Source: Ignavibacteriota bacterium (GTDB lineage Bacteria > Bacteroidota > Ignavibacteria > UBA10030 > UBA6906). Taken from it: a stretch of 64,000 bases of DNA. Positions 61,555 through 64,000 of this stretch are shown piece by piece. The stretch spans positions 448,001-512,000 of the forward strand of contig CAWDEM010000004.1 of assembly GCA_963801355.1 (NCBI GenBank). The letters are read 5' to 3'. Position 1 is the first letter of the stretch. Each line of letters begins with the position of its first letter. The notes under the pieces are model-generated. The model did not search any database. It saw only the letters and a list, made by a program, of their open reading frames with translations, and was not told the origin of the DNA. Both the position numbers and the translations under genes were made by a program.

Positions 61555-61707
61555 GCCTTTTCTTGCTCTGTCTCTATTCTGCCCATCCCCGGTCTTGTCG
61601 GGATTGCCCTGAAAGGAAGAACCTGAATCATCCAGAGAAGCTCGCCGCTACCGATGACATTACTGACAGGTTGATTTTTTTGAAATCCGTTTGAAAGGAT
61701 GGAGAAT

Positions 61708-64000
61708 ATGGCACCCCCTCAAGACTCGAAGAAAATCGTTGTGGTTGGTGGTGACGTCACAATGGACTGGAATATTGCCCGGAGCCGCCACTCCGAAAGC
61801 GACAGATCGGTCTGGAACGCGGATGATTGCACACGGGTCTACTGGCAGCGGGGCGGGGCGGCCCTTGTCGGCGATCTCATCGAAGCGGTAGCCGGTCAGC
61901 TTCAAAAGGCCGGGAGGGCAGAGTATACAGTCCGACAGACGTCAGTACTCCGCGAGCCACCGCGGCCAGGCGACGAACGATTCCATCATTCGTATGCGAT
62001 GTGGTCTCCATGCAAGTACGGGGCAAAGCCACCCCTTGATTCGGAAAAATCTGCCTGGCGAGTGGAAGAGTTTCTGGGACTTGATCGAAATCAACTCGAT
62101 GGGGCGGATAACGTGCCCGATTGGATGTCTGTGTACGACGATCCACCCGATGCCACTATTGTAGTACTGGACGACGCCGACCTGGGCTTCCGCTCCATGG
62201 CGCAGCTCTGGCCCAAGGCCGTCACGGAAGGCAACCAGGGGCCATGGGTTGTGCTGAAATCCTCGAGGCCCGTTGCCCAGGGAAAACTTTGGGAGCACGT
62301 GAGCGCACGTTGTCCGGAACGGCTCATCGTGATCATGACGGTGAATGATCTGCGCCTCTCCGAAGTCCAGATCAGCCGCGAACTCTCCTGGGAACGGACC
62401 GCACAGGACGTCGCCTGGGAACTTGTTCACAATCCACGTATCAACGCCCTGTCACGATGCGCTCACGTCGTGGTCTCGTTTGACATGGCGGGTGCAGTCC
62501 TACTTTCAGGGTCGCGCTGCCATCTCTTCTTCGACCCCCGCGTGATCGAAGGGATGTGGGAACGAAGCTTCCCCGGCGGAATGGTGGGCTATACATCCAC
62601 CCTGGCCGCGGGCATTGTGCGTGAGCTCATGCTCTCATCAGACGCACCGGAAATCGGTCGGGGTATCAGATCAGGCCTGGGGGCGATGCGAAAACTTCAT
62701 ATGGAAGGGTATGGTGAACGGGGTGCGAATGCACATTCAGCAAAACTGGCATTCCCGACAGCCGCGATCGTCACTGAGCTGGAGAAGGGAAGCGACATCT
62801 TCGCTGATGTTGAAGTCCAGGACCCTCTTCGCTCTCATGTGGGATTCTGGGCGATACTGGAAGACCGGTACACGGAGAATTTGAATTCCACCGCCCAACG
62901 AATTGTTCTCGAAGGCGCGGAACCTGTCCTGAAAGGTGTCCCGCTCGGACAATTCGGTGGACTTTTGACCGTGGATCGAGGCGAGATTGAGGCCTTCAGG
63001 AGCATCCGAACACTTGTAGCTGAGTATAGCCACCAGGGCAAGCAGAAGCGTCCTCTCAATATTGCCGTATTCGGTGCGCCCGGGTCGGGAAAATCGTTCG
63101 GCATCACAGAAGTTTCCAAATCGCTCCTCCCCGGGCAGATCCAAGTGCTGGAGTTCAATCTGTCGCAACTAGGTGGCCCCGCCGATCTTCTCCAGGCTCT
63201 CCACCAGGTGCGCGACATCGGCCTCTCCGGTGCCCTTCCTCTCGTGTTCTGGGATGAGTTCGATACCGCCCTTGATGGGGAGAAACTCGGCTGGCTCCGT
63301 TACTTCCTCGCTCCGATGCAAGACGGGAAGTTCCAAGAGGGCCAGATTGGCCATCCGATCGGACGGTCGATCTTTGTTTTCGCTGGTGGCACCAGCACCA
63401 CCTTGGAAAAGTTCGGGCAGGGACTCGCGCCGGAAGAATTTCGTGCGGCAAAGGGGCCCGACTTTGTCAGCAGGCTGAAAGGATATGTGAACATCCTCGG
63501 CCCCAACCCACAGGCCCGAACGGCAGACGATGGACATCCGGTTGATCCATTCCACGTCATCCGTCGGGCAATCCTCCTCCGGTCGATTTTCCAGCGGACG
63601 ACTCCTCAGCTCTTGCAGAATCAAAAAGGGAAGAAGATGCTGAACATTGACTCAGGCGTGCTGCGGGCTTTTCTGGAGACGCGCGAATTTAAGCACGGCG
63701 TACGCTCCATGGAATCCGTGATCGCGATGAGTCTGCTTTCGGGAAAAGGCCGGTATGAACGTTCGTGTCTTCCCTCCGAGGCACAGCTAGATCTGCATGT
63801 ACATGCACGGGATTTTCTCGCACTTGTTCAACAGATCGACCTGGAGGGGGATCTCCTGGAGAAACTGGCCTCTGCGGCGCATGACCTTTTCTGTGAGACC
63901 CTTCGGGGAAAGGGATACCAGTGGGGTGAGAAGACTGATGATGCGAACAAGGTGCATAGCGCGTTGAAGCCGTACGCCGATCTTCCGGAAGATGAGAAGG
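61708..64000 (+). CDS. P-loop ATPase with PfkB-like N-terminus and C-terminal RyR domain; 3' end off-window
   Basis: Read manually (not in the ORF track): VVVGGDVTMDW..GGAALV; AVFGAPGSGKSF; VFWDEFD; KGPDFVSRLKG; HGVRSME; RyR-like LA.AAH..FC....KGYQWG...D...VHS.LKPYADLPEDEK. Confidence 0.85.
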   Translation, partial: MAPPQDSKKIVVVGGDVTMDWNIARSRHSESDRSVWNADDCTRVYWQRGGAALVGDLIEAVAGQLQKAGRAEYTVRQTSVLREPPRPGDERFHHSYAMWSPCKYGAKPPLDSEKSAWRVEEFLGLDRNQLDGADNVPDWMSVYDDPPDATIVVLDDADLGFRSMAQLWPKAVTEGNQGPWVVLKSSRPVAQGKLWEHVSARCPERLIVIMTVNDLRLSEVQISRELSWERTAQDVAWELVHNPRINALSRCAHVVVSFDMAGAVLLSGSRCHLFFDPRVIEGMWERSFPGGMVGYTSTLAAGIVRELMLSSDAPEIGRGIRSGLGAMRKLHMEGYGERGANAHSAKLAFPTAAIVTELEKGSDIFADVEVQDPLRSHVGFWAILEDRYTENLNSTAQRIVLEGAEPVLKGVPLGQFGGLLTVDRGEIEAFRSIRTLVAEYSHQGKQKRPLNIAVFGAPGSGKSFGITEVSKSLLPGQIQVLEFNLSQLGGPADLLQALHQVRDIGLSGALPLVFWDEFDTALDGEKLGWLRYFLAPMQDGKFQEGQIGHPIGRSIFVFAGGTSTTLEKFGQGLAPEEFRAAKGPDFVSRLKGYVNILGPNPQARTADDGHPVDPFHVIRRAILLRSIFQRTTPQLLQNQKGKKMLNIDSGVLRAFLETREFKHGVRSMESVIAMSLLSGKGRYERSCLPSEAQLDLHVHARDFLALVQQIDLEGDLLEKLASAAHDLFCETLRGKGYQWGEKTDDANKVHSALKPYADLPEDEK

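Noticed and set aside
1733-63624. Numerous 60-300 aa antisense or alternate-frame ORFs in the track (e.g. 1733..2479, 34047..34940, 43031..43822, 47436..48260, 61942..62430)
   Set aside because: They are shadow ORFs overlapping well-supported genes in GC-rich DNA, with no recognisable motifs or RBS.

Overview
Accessory region of a probable FCB-group (Ignavibacteria-like) bacterium; the host is inferred from T9SS C-terminal sorting domains (YPNPFNP). Two identical 48-bp copies of the 3' half of tRNA-Pro(TGG), at 28803 and 53537, divide the window into three parts. (1) Island A (1-28850; left end, intact tRNA and integrase are off-window) carries a minus-strand defence cluster (DUF4145/HEPN, HNH, type I R-M, SIR2-APAZ/short Argonaute SPARSA, CPBP protease, PD-(D/E)XK nuclease, NDT-like protein), a plus-strand phage-like early/replication module with an odd tRNA-Glu-like gene bearing a 38-nt D-loop insertion, and two T9SS Asp-box proteins. 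Many genes in the first 25 kb are broken by single-base indels, probably assembly errors. (2) Island B (28803-53584) is complete, with a tyrosine integrase, a homologous phage-like replication module without capsid or conjugation genes, RadC, a second type I R-M system with three nuclease-like genes inserted, an HNH nuclease and an orphan TIR-like gene. Degenerate attC-like sites punctuate cargo genes in both islands. (3) To the right lies an operon encoding a Zn-ribbon protein, two WD40+Zn-ribbon proteins, a DUF4062-NACHT protein and a P-loop ATPase with a RyR domain. It looks like a split, permuted NWD1/TEP1-type NLR system and is the best candidate for an undescribed system. All family assignments come from motif recognition by eye; no searches were run.
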